Positions 1 through 12,826 are shown, counted from the stretch's first letter. The stretch is DNA of 64,000 nt from Saccostrea cucullata (GCF_032062105.1 NW_026925664.1:186001-250000), one strand, 5' to 3'. Made by a program: numbers and translations. The notes: generated by a model from the sequence alone, not told the origin.

Positions 1-200
1 CTAAATTAAGAACACGAAGAATAAGTGCATATAAGTTGCATGTAGAAACAGGTAGATATTGTAATCCTGTCATTTCTAGAGGAAATAGATTTTGTTTACA
101 TTGTAAAAATATTGTTGAAGATGATAAAACATTGTTTACTTGATTTTCCTATATGTATAAAGATGTCAGAAAAAAGAATACAAGGTTACTATAGATGTAA
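1..200 (+). mobile_element. Degenerate 3' end of a CR1/L2-group LINE ORF2
   Basis: Manual translation gives ISAYKLHVETGRY...RFCLHCKNIVEDDKH, resembling the C-terminal Cys/His motif of CR1-group RTs. Fragmentary. Confidence 0.5.
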
Positions 201-261
201 TTTTCTCATCTTGTTTGTGGAGGTAAAAAATGGGTAAGTGTTCGCGTTTGGACCCCCGTCC

Positions 262-263
<2 letters not shown>

Positions 264-346
<83 letters not shown>
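264..346. repeat. (CA)n microsatellite
   Basis: Directly visible, with one interruption. Confidence 0.98.
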
Positions 347-348
<2 letters not shown>

Positions 349-385
349 TAGGATCTTCCTGTTTTGACAATCAACGCATTCCCCC

Positions 386-1547
386 TTTTTATGTCACCTG
401 GGTAAACTCAGTTGACCTATTGCCATCTGTTTTCGTCCGTCGTTGTGCGGTGTATGTCGTTCGTCGTGTGTTCACATTTGAAATTTTTTAGTTTCTTCTC
501 TGCAACCACTCAACCAATTTCCACCAAATTTGGCATAAAGCATTTATGGGTGAAGGGAAGCAAAAATTGTGAATTTCATGGTTCCTGCCCCCCTGGGGCC
601 TAAGGGGTGGGGCCAAAACCACTAAAATTAATGCAATCTTTAAAAATCTTCTTTTTTACTCCTGAACTTTAAGGAGTCAAATTGTTAGCATGAATGTAAT
701 GACCATTGAGTCCTCTACCAAAATTGTGAAATTCATGGCCCCAGGGTTAGGGGTTCTAGTGCTAGGACGGGGCTCTATTGATTACATAGTGAAAATACAG
801 GTTATTTCTTTGAAAATCTTCTTCTCTGCTCCTGGGTATTTAATAAACTAAGTAAGTATATGGCTATGATGGGCAAGAATGCATCTTCCAAAATAGTGAA
901 TTTTATGGCCCCAGGGTAAGGGGTTCTGGTGTTAGGGTGGGGCTCTTTTGATTATTTAGTGAAAATACATTAATTTTTTGAAAATCTTCTTCTCTACTCC
1001 TGGGTATTAAACAACTTACTAGTTAAGTATATAGTTACGATGAGGAAGATTGCCTCTTCCAAAATTAATTGTGAATTTATGGCCCCAGGGTCAGGAGTTC
1101 TGGTTTTAGGGTGGGGCTCAAATGATTATATAGTGAAAATACATTAAATCTTTGAAAAATTTCTTCTCTGCTCCAGGGTATTAAGTAGATGAACTATCTT
1201 TATAGCTATGATGAGCAAGGGCCATTCTTTCTGAATTGTAAATTTCAAGACCCCTGGGTCAGGGGTACCATTGGGGTGGGGTGGGGGGTAGTGGCACTAC
1301 TGATTATTGCTGAACATTACTGATTAGTCGAAATGCATTTTTTTTTGTTCCCGTATACTTTGTCTATGGGTATTAAGTAACCAAAGTTAGCATACAAAGT
1401 GTATAGATCTAGTTATGTTAAGTAGTGGTGCCTCTTTCAAAATTGTGAATGCCATGACGTCTAGTTTAAAACATGAACCAAATTCAAACGTTGGAAAGTT
1501 GTTGCATGATGCTCAGGTGAACTATAAGGCCCGTGGGCCTCTTGTTT
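386..1547 (+). mobile_element. Non-autonomous Helentron (HINE-like), family 1, with ~170-bp satellite-like central array
   Basis: T-run, then subTIR GTCACCTG with nearby inverted copy, GTCC/GTCG microsatellite-like stretch, tandem units (CCAAAATTGTGAA..TGGCCCC at ~718, 888, 1059), 3' TCAGGTGA + palindrome GGCCCGTGGGCC + T-run. Three more copies in the window. Confidence 0.85.
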
Positions 1548-1659
1548 TATTTGCTTTTTTGTGTAACAGGAAAGGAGAAAATGTATGGCTGGTCTGTCTG
1601 TCCGTTAACCCGGGACAAAAACTTTAACCTTGCCCATAACTTTTGAATAAGTGAAGCTA

Positions 1660-2010
1660 TGCTCATACCAACTGAGCTATCCAGGCCGATATCCACTTTA
1701 ACACAAAAACCATTACATTCCTCCCTCCTTAAATGGTCATATTTCGCCCTCGAAGACACAACCCAATTTTTATTACCCCTGGCAGGACTTTCACCTGCAA
1801 CTCCAGGACCTTTCATTGGTGGTCAACGGCACCAAATCTGTAACAGGAAAGGACTTTCATAAAATATTTTTTATGGCTTTTATTTGATACCAACAACCTT
1901 GACCTTTTGACCTTGGAGATTTTTTTGTACTTATGAGAAAACCCTTGCATCTCTAGTCAGGTGCTCTACCAACTGAGCTATCCAGCCGATATCCACGACC
2001 CAAACCATTA
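1660..2010 (-). mobile_element. tRNA-derived SINE-like fragments
   Basis: Reverse strand reads GATAGCTCAGTTGGTAGAGCACCTGACTAGAGATGCAAGGGT (A-box tRNA head) near 1940-1985. A second partial head lies at ~1668-1696. Confidence 0.5.
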
Positions 2011-2738
2011 CATTTGCTTTTTTATGGGTTTGATTTTTTTCTCCTCTTAGTCCCCTCTCCTTTCAATTTGCTTCTGATGCCAATACAGAAATTTCAGATG
2101 CAGAGTTTATATCATCAATTATTTATTTTTTTTTACTTAAAATTTATTTCCAAGGGCGACGCTGGAAAGAGAGCATTTTATTTTACAACCAAAGAAAACA
2201 ATGTGATATTCAGAATTTCTGTTTAAATAAAAAAAACAAACACACTAAGATTTGTTGTGTTTTCTAATGTGAATTAGATAAGCACGATTGTCATGATTGT
2301 AAAATTTATATTAATATAAACCACATATTATTTTTTTTAATTTCATTGTGATATGAAAAAAAATATATCTTCGGGTTTCTATTTATCCTTATTATGGATA
2401 AGACATACAGTGTAATAATTCATTTCTGTAAAAGTAAGAAACACTTCAAAATTCAAACTATTTTGTTTTTCCATTTGAATCTAAATATATTGTTGCTTGT
2501 GAAAATTACTATTAGGAAAAATTCTTTGAAATTTGGAGCAGAGGGATACAATTTCACCTTAAATGATGCTCAAAGACTATCAAATAAACATATCCTGGTA
2601 TTAGCCTCCACCAAAGAACCCCGATCCCGATAACATTCTCAACAATAAAAAAAAATGTAAATGAGTGCTCTGTGTGGTAGCTTCTCGAGTCTTTGGACTT
2701 ATTCTAACTTATTTCATGATAACATGAATTATGAATAG

Positions 2739-2882
2739 GTACAGGAACATTCTAACTGGAGAGGCAGCCACTGCATTTAAAAAACTTATCGGTAAATATT
2801 ACTGGGCAGACGATAACATTGTGGTGAAGCATCTGATCGAAGTACACGAGCAATTCTGTGGGAAATGTTGTCCTTTGGAGAA
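2739..2882 (+). CDS. Crypton-derived DUF3504-like gene, exon a (YRNILTGEAATAFKKLIGKYYWADDNIVVKHLIEVHEQFCGKCCPLE)
   Basis: AG at 2737-38 (or an in-frame ATG at 2731), open frame, donor AA|GTAAGT at 2883. The phase-2 end joins exon b to give AAC (Asn) in frame. Confidence 0.7.
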
Positions 2883-3479
2883 GTAAGTGATGATTGAATT
2901 GTAATTTATTGCTTGTTTTAATATAATTAAATCACTTAAACAGTTAAAGAAAATATTTGTACGATATTTCGAATGTTAGACGGACACAAGCAGCCGATGA
3001 TCGATGGCATCTTGGTCTAAATGGGTCCGACTAATATTTTTAAAAATGTGGATCCATAAACTTGTACAATAACTCAGCCCACACACGTTTTTGTCAAGAA
3101 ATATATTGTACAAATGTACTACATATGCATGTAACTGTTTATGCGAAATTGCAACATGCAAATTAGGGAGTAACTGTCATTGATTTTTTTTCTTCTTTGG
3201 AGGTGTTTTTGCTTTGTTTGATGCTATGATCGATCATTTTGCTTAGCTCGCGTGATAATTTGCATTAATGCCGATGGCATTCATGCATAACATTATCATT
3301 CGAGCCAAGTGAATAATCAAAAAATCCCAAAAGCCAACGGTTTTCTTGCCTAATCCTTGATCATTATAAAAAAAATGCTATAGCTACTCTTTACTTAATA
3401 AACAATTACTTAAAAGTTATTTTCATAAATAAAACTGATATAAATATGTGTGCATCATGTAGGCTGGTTTATTCACTTC

Positions 3480-4307
3480 TAAGGCTTAAAAAAAAAATTA
3501 GTTTGTTTCCTGTAACATTCCCCAAAAATAGACCGTTTCACGGTAACTGCGGTACTACTCTTTTGCAGGGCAAAATGATATATTTTGGTGAAATATGACG
3601 TAAAAGTAATTGTTTAAAATACGTCATTTAATTATCTATCAACAAAAACACCGCCAAACATTATTTTGCCCTGCAAAAGCGTAGTACCACAGTTATCGTG
3701 AAGAGGCTAATTAAGGGTCGGTAGGTCGGAAATTTTTTTTTTTTTTTGCTTATGTATGGTCAAACATCCCCGGACTGAATATACCAAGTGTCATATTTAC
3801 AGTGGACTTGTATTTAAGGTAAATGTAAACTAGGTTGATGTTTTATGTCTCAAGTTAAGCCTCAAGCTAGTTTTTTTTGTTTTAATGAATGGAATCAGGG
3901 CCTAAAATAAAATATTGTTTGTTTGCAGTTGCCAACCGACCCACTGAAGGGAATCCAAGTTTATACATCTAATATAAATACAATTTTTTTTTATAGAAAA
4001 AAACTAATTAAGCACCCGACCCAAACTTTTTTTTAGCCATTTTGTAATATTTTTCTCTCTCCAATTTTTCTTGATATTAAAACTGTTTCATTTTCAATTT
4101 TTGTCTTCATCAATCATTAGTTTATACCAAGAGTGCAGCTTATTCATGTATAGTAGGCCTATGGAAAACTCTATTTTATGTTATGTAATATATAATGATT
4201 GGTCAAAGCAGTTTTGCCATTTGTCATGGAAAAAAAAAATCCACCCGGGGGTAATTTGAATGGGTCAAGCAGGTTACAGGAAACAAACATAATTTTTTTT
4301 AGGCCTA
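3480..4307. mobile_element. TIR MITE (TAAGGC/TAGGCC-ended family) with nested insertions
   Basis: AGGCTTAAAAAAAAAATTAGTTTGTTTCCTGTAAC is mirrored by GTTACAGGAAACAAACATAATTTTTTTTAGGCCTA. Confidence 0.7.
3530..3708. mobile_element. Foldback MITE nested in the previous element, 3-bp TSD (AAT)
   Basis: ~50-bp imperfect inverted arms (TTCACGGTAACTGCGGTACTACTCTTTTGCAGGGCAAAAT / ATTTTGCCCTGCAAAAGCGTAGTACCACAGTTATCGTGAA), AAT on both flanks. Confidence 0.75.
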
Positions 4308-4713
4308 ATCATGCTAATACAGTAGTCTTTAATAGGTAATACATGGCTTGTAGCATTTGGATTGGCGGAATCAATACATGGCATGTGAATATAGGAATAA
4401 CTGTCAGATTTTTCTATTTCATGATGATTATCAATCGATTTGCTTGCATGATTTTTTTTTTGCTTTAACGCTTTCAGCATTTATGCAAATTATTAGCAAG
4501 CCAATCTATTGATCACATCATGGATGGAAAAATAAGACGGTTATTCCTTCAATTTTATTAATAAAAAATTAATTTATAGTTTTATCTTCGAAAAAAAATT
4601 TGTGCGGAACATTGTTGAAATGTAGATTTTTTTATGCTATAAATATACACTGCCTTTATTTTTCATAAATTAAATTTAAAAACTATTTATCTAGATCGAA
4701 GGTTAGGCAAGTA

Positions 4714-6239
4714 CGAGGGGTGATCAAAAAGTTCACGAACTATCTCTATATTTTCAAAACCACAATTCAGATCAGAATGAAAGAAGAAAGTTCACATTGG
4801 TCCATTTTTGGCCCTGTGAATTTCTGAAAAATAAGAACTACTCAGTTTTAGTTGAAAATATGTTATATTTCACTTATACCCCTGGTGACTTCATATCAAA
4901 TATAAATGACGTAATTTTTTCTCTTGTCTATGTATTATGACGTCATGAATTTCGTCATTTTCCTCAAATTTTGAAAATTTTGTTAAAAATGACCAAAATT
5001 TAAGCTGTTTTTTAATATTCTGCATAACCCCCAACCTCTGATCTAAAATGTTGAATTATATAATGAAAGAACTGTTTTAGAAGATTCTAATCCATGAAAG
5101 AATTTTTGGATTGCAGGGTGGGCTCATATTTTATCAAAAGTTGAAGATGCTCAATTTCACTCATTTTCTTCAAAAATCAAGAACATTGCAGTTTCACAAC
5201 GCCTGAGTTTCCAGACTTGGACTCTCAGAGGAAAATTTTTTATAGGAAATGAAAGCACTAAGTCTCTACTTTATGTTGATGATCGAAATAGGACGTAAGG
5301 ACTTGGTCGTTTAATTAGTATATTGACAGGGCCTTTTTATGGAGTACGTGAATCTACCTCTTTGACATACATAAAGTCATGCAAATGTTCTATAAATAGC
5401 ATATGTAATGGAACGTTTTTCCCCGTGTTTGTGACGTCACAATGTGAAAATGACGTCATAAGGCAGATCACTTGTGAAAAAAATGGTTGACTCAGTCATA
5501 TACGAGAAACGAACAGCTGTAAATTTAATTGTATATCTTGGAAATTCCTTTGTTTAAGTTTATAATAATTTGTATTCGGTTTATGAAGATAAAAGACTTG
5601 CTAGAAGTTTTGTCATTAATTGGATTGATTGTTAGAGTGAAGGAAGGGAGATGTTTAAAAATGATGTTTGTTCTGTTGCCCAGTGAAAGCAAACTTGGAG
5701 AGAGACCTATTCTTTGTTAAGCAGTTTGATATAAAAGATCACCAACTTACTGTTAGAAAAATAGATGAATATATTTACATTATTATAATTATCAAATCCC
5801 TAAAATATTGTTTACTTTAGACTTTAAACATCGCAGATATGATAAAGTGAAGGCACCCATACTTTATCCACATGAAATAAATGACGCTCAAAAGACAGAG
5901 GACTGGTTTTGATGGTCACATTTGCTCATTCCGCTAAAGGATATCATTATTCACCCATACTATTTCAGAGATTAGGTCATTTATGACAATTATACTGTTT
6001 TTTTGGAAAAAATAACTTGCATGGTTAGAAATATAAGAGTCGGAAAAAATTTTAAGCTTCTGTGCTTAAGTGCATGTCACGTGACTGCCTATATCATGCA
6101 TGGGCAGATTGATTGCAGATGCATATGCATGCACATTAAAATCGGAGAGGATATTGAAACATATTCAACACTGAAACTCTATATCATTTCTTTTTTGGAA
6201 GTTATTCAATGAGTTCGCGAACTTTTTGATCACCCCTCG
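4714..6239. mobile_element. Non-autonomous mariner-type DNA transposon
   Basis: TIR CGAGGGGTGATCAAAAAGTTC(A/G)CGAAC at both ends, TA TSD at 4712-13 and 6240-41, no transposase ORF. Confidence 0.9.
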
Positions 6240-6388
6240 TACCTGTATATTATGTTGATAAACATTTCAAATGTTTTAAATATTTCTTCATTATTCTTTT
6301 CTGAAACTTGATTGTCATAGATTGGATGTAAATTTTTTGAATTTTTTTTAGCATATCCACCTATATATATTTCATCTATCAATTGTAG

Positions 6389-6609
6389 CTGTGATGGAAG
6401 TCAACAAGAATCAGGAGCAGAAAAACTGACTATCGGCCCCAAGGGATCAGGAGCAGAGAAACGGACTATCAGCCCCAAGGGATCAGGAGCAGAGAAACGG
6501 ACTATCAGCCCCAAGGGATCAGGAGCTGTCAGTAGACAGGGATCAGGAGCAGAAAAAGTGATCGTCAGTCAACAGAGATCAGACACAGCAAAGAAAGATG
6601 AAAGATCTG
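6389..6609 (+). CDS. Crypton-derived gene, exon b (36-bp coding repeat GSGAEKRTISPK)
   Basis: TGTAG acceptor, open frame CDGSQQESGAEK...KKDERS, donor G|GTAAGG. Phase 2 in, phase 1 out. Confidence 0.75.
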
Positions 6610-6691
6610 GTAAGGCTTTGTTACAAGAAAGAAGAAAATTTATGGCTTGAGCTGAACTCAAACCCCTGCATCAGTAAACAATAAGCTTACT

Positions 6692-7391
6692 CAGGGGTTC
6701 AAAATTTTTTTTGTCATGGTCAAGTCCAGGACTTAAAGAGTAAATTTTAGGCAAGTCCGAGGAAGAAATTTCAGAGTCCATATTTACCTATACATCATTA
6801 AATTTATGTTATTTATAATTTATTTTCATTTGTTGATTGAATGAATAAAGACTACTAGTATATGTATTAATATATGTTTTATTTTTCCTCCATAAACTGT
6901 CATATAGTCATACATGTCAAATGAGTATTTCAACACAATACCAGACTGATAGATTACTGGTACATTACAATAACTTTTACAAATACTCACTACTGAATAA
7001 ACCATCTGTTACAATAAATAGAGATTAGAATGTTCTGTAGGCCCTAAGTCACAGCTATAACCGAAATTTAACCAACTCATTGCCGTTTAGGAGGAAACAT
7101 GAGAAATTTCGTAAAAGCAAGAGTCTAACCGCAACAGAAAATAAAAAGACGGATTGTATTTTTGAAACATTCGTAATGTTTTATGGGTATTTTAACGCCC
7201 ACAAACCCACATTTTAACTTAATACATTTGAGAATTTGCTTTATTTTAGTTTACGATCATTTTTTAATTTATAAAAAAAGATAAACAAGAAACATAGCCA
7301 AGTCCCAGGACTTTGGTGAATTCTAAATGCCGAGTCCGGATCCGGAATTTGTTAGTCCGGGACGTCGGGCTTGAGGAATTTTGAACCCCTG
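6692..7391. mobile_element. hAT-like MITE with 6-bp TSD
   Basis: TIR CAGGGGTTCAAAA / TTTTGAACCCCTG; CTTACT on both flanks. Confidence 0.85.
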
Positions 7392-8384
7392 CTTACTGAG
7401 CTTCAAGTTCCTAGGCTACTCTTCATGGCCCAAACCATTACAGCTTTATACAAATGCAGCATTACTGTAATATGTAAATCCCAATTGCTGTCATTGACAG
7501 TATGGTTAAAGTATTATTGCAGCCCGGAGGACCGGGCTGCTCTATACATACATGTATAAGTTTAAGTGTTGGTGTATGGGGATTGAGATGGGAGATGTTA
7601 TTCAGAATTTAAGGTTTTCTTAACATTAAAAAGGTTAAGCAGAATGTTCTTTCCCTTTATAAATTACGAGATACATAATATATTTACTTCCATTAAGTGA
7701 ATTTGTAAAAATATATATGTTTTTGAATTAATATATAAAGTTGCGTACCCTTTTTTATTGAAAAAATGACAGGTCCCCTTTTTTAGAACATCGAATTTTT
7801 CTTAACGCATGAAAACGCACTCTAAACAGTTCGTGTTTTATATTGATTTCTTAAAGTGAAATACATTTTTGAAAATAGATGAGGCATGAGTCTAGTTTCA
7901 ATTTATATTTTATGCAGCCAACATTTACTTGAGAAATTGATAAAGTTTGAAAGGGTATTGGTTTTGTTCGATTTTTATCCGACTATAAGTCTTCAAAATA
8001 TTCTCCACTATAGTGTCCATCATTTAGACGCATGCCTTTTTCACACATATCGAAGCGGTGTGATGATCAAGACTCATTTCCATTGTTTACTTTATTTATT
8101 TCCTGGGCAACAATTGATGGTTAATACATCAATGTTTTCTTGTTACTCTGTGTACAAGTCCTATTTGACAATTGACATTATAGATTAGGCTGTGTATTTT
8201 ACTTGTTCATTGTCACTTCTTTCCTTTATTTCTGCCACTGAATTTAAAGTTGCATGATTGCATGAGTGTAGAACAATTAAGATTCAGACTGATTTTTAGC
8301 TACTCACTACTGTTTGAAATGTAACTTATGACTCTGACAATAAATTAAGTCCAGTCAATATGCTTAATCTTTCTTTCCTTTCAG

Positions 8385-8438
8385 AATACCCCTCACCATC
8401 AGAGGATCAGGAGAAATCCATTGGTTTACAAATGGAAG
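8385..8438 (+). CDS. Crypton-derived gene, exon c (EYPSPSEDQEKSIGLQME)
   Basis: Strong polypyrimidine tract + CAG, donor G|GTACTG, symmetric phase 1/1. Confidence 0.7.
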
Positions 8439-8489
8439 GTACTGTCAGATGTGTTTGCTAAAATTTTGTTAATGTTTTTCTACTGCCAT

Positions 8490-8800
8490 CAGACATCAGG
8501 TTGATAGTTGTTAGAGTGTCTGCTCTTCATTTGTGGAGTAAGGATTTGATCCTTAGATCCCAGATTCAAAACCACTGCGGAACGTGGAGACTGGTTCCTT
8601 CCCAACTTCCTTAAATGAAATTATATAACTGAGGCCCCATGTCAAGACAATGAACTATTGTTCATGAAAAAAAAGATCCCTCACTGATCAATGGCCCTAA
8701 ATGCTGCTATTGGTATAAATTTGCAGCCCTCCACCAGCAAGTGGTGGCATCTCCGTCTGAATGAAAAATTAACATAAGGGACATTAAACAGTAAACAAAA
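8490..8800 (+). mobile_element. Degenerate tRNA-head SINE related to the copy at 15530
   Basis: Shares GAGGCCCC.TGTCA, AAAGATCCCTC, TAAATTTGCAGCCCT, GGGACATTAAACAGT with the 15530 SINE. Confidence 0.6.
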
Positions 8801-9387
8801 AAACAAATTTAAGCTACAAACTTCTGCCCTTTTAATTGACTCAATATCTAAAATTTATAAGGAATAAATCAGGATTCAATCTTAAGAACGAAAATTTATG
8901 TGGAATAAATCAAGATTCAATCTTAAAAACAAAAATAAAATGTACTAGTTTAATATTTTCCACTGCAAATGTTGAAAAATTGGACCAGATATTCAATTAT
9001 TTATGAAAATGAAGTGGCATACATGCATATATTGGCTTTAAGATAGATATAGTTTGGACTTGTGTGCATTAATATTGAAATATCCCACAGAATGTAAAAA
9101 CAAATCTGCAACATCAACATGAAAACATGCTCAGTTAGAATGTTTGTATACTATATAAACAGATTTTAAAAAAGAAATAAAGTAACATTAAGCCGGATGA
9201 TGAAGGCACAAAATTTTACAATGTTAAGTGATAAACCAGGATAGTTAGCAAAACATATTTTTAAAAAAAATTTCCATTTGATTTTGAAGATTTCTATTGG
9301 TTGTTGTTTTTGTGCTGCCTCTGCAATTGTTTGATTGTTGATCTGTACAACACTAACCGTTGGTAATTCTGTTGTTTGTTCTTGTAG

Positions 9388-9476
9388 TGGAGGATGGTGC
9401 AGAGTCCCTGGATGAAGACAGCAGTGGGGAAAGTGAACCGGATATGGAATCTGAAACAGAAATAGAAAGTGAAGAG
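9388..9476 (+). CDS. Crypton-derived gene, exon d (acidic, VEDGAESLDEDSSGESEPDMESETEIESEE)
   Basis: TTCTTGTAG acceptor, donor GAG|GTGAGT. Phase 1 in, phase 0 out. Confidence 0.8.
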
Positions 9477-9746
9477 GTGAGTGGAGAATTACCAGTTACA
9501 CTGAAACAGAAAGTAGAGAGGTGAGTGGAGAATTACCAGTTAATCTGAAACAGAAAGTGAAGAGGTGAGTGGAGAATTACCATTTAAACTGAAACAGAAA
9601 GTAGAGAGGTGAGTGGAGAATTACCATTTAAACTGAAACAGACAGTAAGGAGGTGAGTGGAGAATTACCATTTAAACTGAAACAGAAAGAAAGGAGGTGA
9701 GTGGAGAATTACCATTTAAACTGAAACAGAAAGTAAAGAGGTGACT
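9451..9746 (+). repeat. 44-bp tandem repeat made from the exon d/intron junction
   Basis: GAG|GTGAGT recurs at 9477, 9521, 9565, 9609, 9653 and 9697, with GTGACT at 9741. Confidence 0.95.
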
Positions 9747-9847
9747 GAATTTAAGCCAGATTACGGCTTTGGAATGAAGACAGTAACTCTATAGCAAAAT
9801 AAGTTATCCTAAATTTGTCCATACTTATATATTATTTCTATTTTCAG

Positions 9848-11602
9848 GAAGTTCAGATAAAAGAAGAACCAGATGACTTCCAAGAGAATTCTAGTGAAAT
9901 AGCTAAACTAAAAGGTGCCTCTACAGCAAACAAGGAAGATTTCTCATCCCTCAGACCGCATTCTACTGACAATCCAAAGTCCACCAATCAATTTTCATTA
10001 AGAATTCAGATGTCCACACACAGCCAATCAAATAATTCAAAAGACATTAAGGGTCATGTGACAAGTCAGCCAGGCACGGTGCGAAATTCTGGAGATCAAA
10101 CTGCATTAGTTAGCAGCTTAAATAGTTTGAATTCCTTGCAGACAATTAGTGACACAAACTCGGGTGTAAATGTGGCTCAACCTTTGTACAAGACTGTAGC
10201 AGGACAGATGGGAATAACCCTTCAAAGTAACAGCAGTCGGACAAAGTCCAAAGAATCTCAGAAACATTCTGGTATCAGTGTAGTCCGGCCATCTCTTGAT
10301 CAACAGCAAACGATTCAAGTGAAGTCAGAACCAGCAGAGTTTAGTGACCCACAACCCCAAGGGACAGTTTTTACAAGTGTCAACCAAAATACTTCATTAG
10401 CACAGAATCTACCACAAAATATCAACCCAAGTACTGGGATTCCAGCATTAGGAGGATTCCAGAATGTGTTGACCACTGGAAATGTTTTCCCACAATCCCT
10501 GCATTCTAATTATAATCAGACTATGCCACAGGGTCCAGTTTCAGTGTTGCCTAGTTTCCAAGCACCACAACCTCCAGCACTGAATGTAGCACAACCTCCA
10601 GCTCTAAATGTAGCACAACCATCACTCAGCGTAGCACAACCACAACTCAACATAGCACAGCCGCAACACAATGTAGCACAACCACAACTCAATGTAGCAC
10701 AACCAACATTCAACGTAGCACTGATGATCAACCCAATCACTGGAGCACCTATGTTAGTGTACTCACAAAACGTTCCAAACCCCAGTCAGAATGTTAACCA
10801 ACTGAATCTTGCAGCGAACCCATTTTCACAAGTGTCAGTTTTGGCTCCAAGTGTACAAAATCAAAGTACTTCAAGCCAAAGTACTGCAAATCAATCTACT
10901 ACAATGCAAAGTAGTTTAAGCCTAAGTACCGCAAATCAAACTACTACAGTACAAAGTGTAGCAAGCAAAAATACTGCAATACAAAGTAGTTCAAGCCAAA
11001 GTACTTCAGATAAAACTAGTACTGTACAAAGTACTTCAAGTCAGTATACCAAGTCAGCAAGACCAAGCGTAATCAAAAGCCAAAGTACTGTAGTAAGCAC
11101 TTCAAGCCAAAGCAAGACAACTGAAACTACTGCAAGACAAAGTATACCAACTCAAAGTACTACAATACAAAGTACTTCAATTCAAAGTACTCCAATACAA
11201 AGTACTTCAAGTCAAAGTACACCAATACAAAGTACTTCGAGTCAAAGTACACCAATACAAAGTACTTTGAGTCAAAGTACACCAATACAAAGTTCAACAA
11301 GTGAAACAACTGCAAGACAATGTTTAACAACTCAAAGTACTTCAGCTCACAGAGAGAAGGAAGTATTGAGCACTCTGAAAGATCTGTCAACCTCAGCAAA
11401 TTCATCTAATCCATCAGAGACTGAATCTCCAAGTAGTGACACCAGATCAGCTCAGCAGGAGAAAACTCTAGAACAAACTGATCCACCATGTGAGATGGAT
11501 GAAGAGGATGTGTCACTCTCTGACACTGATGATCAACCCTCCACCTCCTCTGTGACAGCTAAGAGATCATCACCAACAGCAGACGACAATACCTCTCAGA
11601 TT
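9848..11602 (+). CDS. Crypton-derived gene, exon e (585 codons, Q/S/T/P-rich disordered region)
   Basis: TTTTCAG acceptor inside ORF 9815..11647, donor ATT|GTAAGT, phase 0/0. Contains SUMO-consensus IKEE and VKSE, NVAQP repeats and QSTSSQSTPI repeats. Confidence 0.9.
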
Positions 11603-12382
11603 GTAAGTGTTCTGTATTTTATTTTTATGAAAAAACGAGTATACTAGTACTTACCTACCTATCTGCCTACTTATTAACTGACCCTCTGTAAATTACTTTA
11701 AATGAAGATCATGCAACTATATGCCTCTCAATGTGCTTTTAGGTTCTTTGAACTTTTCAGAAAGGTCTAATTACAAGTAGAAATTTATATCCCGAAAAAG
11801 CATTTTTAGATACCAATGTTTATTAACATGATATGAAATTAAATTTATGGTTGCAAAGAATTTCATTGGGAGGCATATAATAAAAATTGTTGCATGAAAA
11901 TATTTAATTTTCAATAAAGACTATTTGAATTAAATTGTGTAAAGAGTTTCCTTCTGTGTAAATTACAAGCAACTGAAAACTTCAATAAATTGGTTATTTC
12001 AATTACTTGTGTAATCAAGAAAACACAAGATTTTTTTCTCTTTGTTATTCAAATTTTTATGAGTTATACTGACATGCTGATCATTTTTTTTCCATTTCTA
12101 TGTCACTATTTCATATTGATATGAATTTTGTATGCCCCTCACAACAGAGGATGGAGGGAATAAATTAATGGGCTTTGTGTTTTAGTTTGTGCTGTGTGAA
12201 ATGGTACTGACATTATTTGCATCTGGGTCAATATCAAATGCTGTCTTAATTTTATAGATATTCTGTTTACCAGGGAATACCCTGCTTTGCTTGTGTCCTT
12301 ATTTATAGAAAAATATTTTAGAAACCATCCATTGGGGTGATTCTGCTTTGTAATCCTTTTATTTTATTTCATTCGATTTTAG

Positions 12383-12500
12383 CATCCACTCTGTAAACGA
12401 TTTAAAAGAACAACGGAGGATGAAATGGACAGATTATTTAAGGGCAGACAAGCATGGTCAACTAAAGTGAACACGCAATGGGGGATGAGGATATTTCAAG
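12383..12500 (+). CDS. Crypton-derived gene, exon A1: N-terminal part of recombinase module 1
   Basis: TTTTAG acceptor, HPLCKRFKRTTEDEMDRLFKGRQAWSTKVNTQWGMRIFQ, donor G|GTATGA. Phase 0 in, phase 1 out. RF...T...T.W...F pattern typical of the Crypton/DUF3504 N-terminal subdomain. Absent from the ORF track. Confidence 0.85.
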
Positions 12501-12523
12501 GTATGACATTAAGATTAACATAT

Positions 12524-12826
12524 TAAGGCTACACCCATTACATTTTTTTTGCTTATCAGACCCCCTACTCCAATTTAACAAAACTATACACAAAATATGA
12601 AAATTTTGTACTAATTTCTGTTCCATTTTTGCTCCAATTTATCAAATTTCAATCTGCCTAATCAAATCAGAAGGGAAAAACTATAATTGTTGAATCAAAT
12701 TTTACCATTTTATGCCTTAAATTGTTGCCAAGAAAACAGTTATAATATAAATATTGAATGGTTCAACCACTCATACTTTTTTCATCAGATGTCTGACAAG
12801 CAAGAAATTTAAATGGTGTGACCTTA
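12524..12826. mobile_element. TIR MITE (TAAGG...CCTTA)
   Basis: TAAGGCTACACCCATTACATTTTTTTTGCTTATCAGAC is mirrored by GTCTGACAAGCAAGAAATTTAAATGGTGTGACCTTA. Confidence 0.7.

Noticed and set aside
1940-1990. Functional tRNA gene (also 31228-31312)
   Set aside because: Only partial A/B boxes, no complete cloverleaf; SINE-like remnants.
10118-11405. Minus-strand ORFs with Cys/Gly or YFVL repeats
   Set aside because: Antisense shadows of the coding repeats in exon e.
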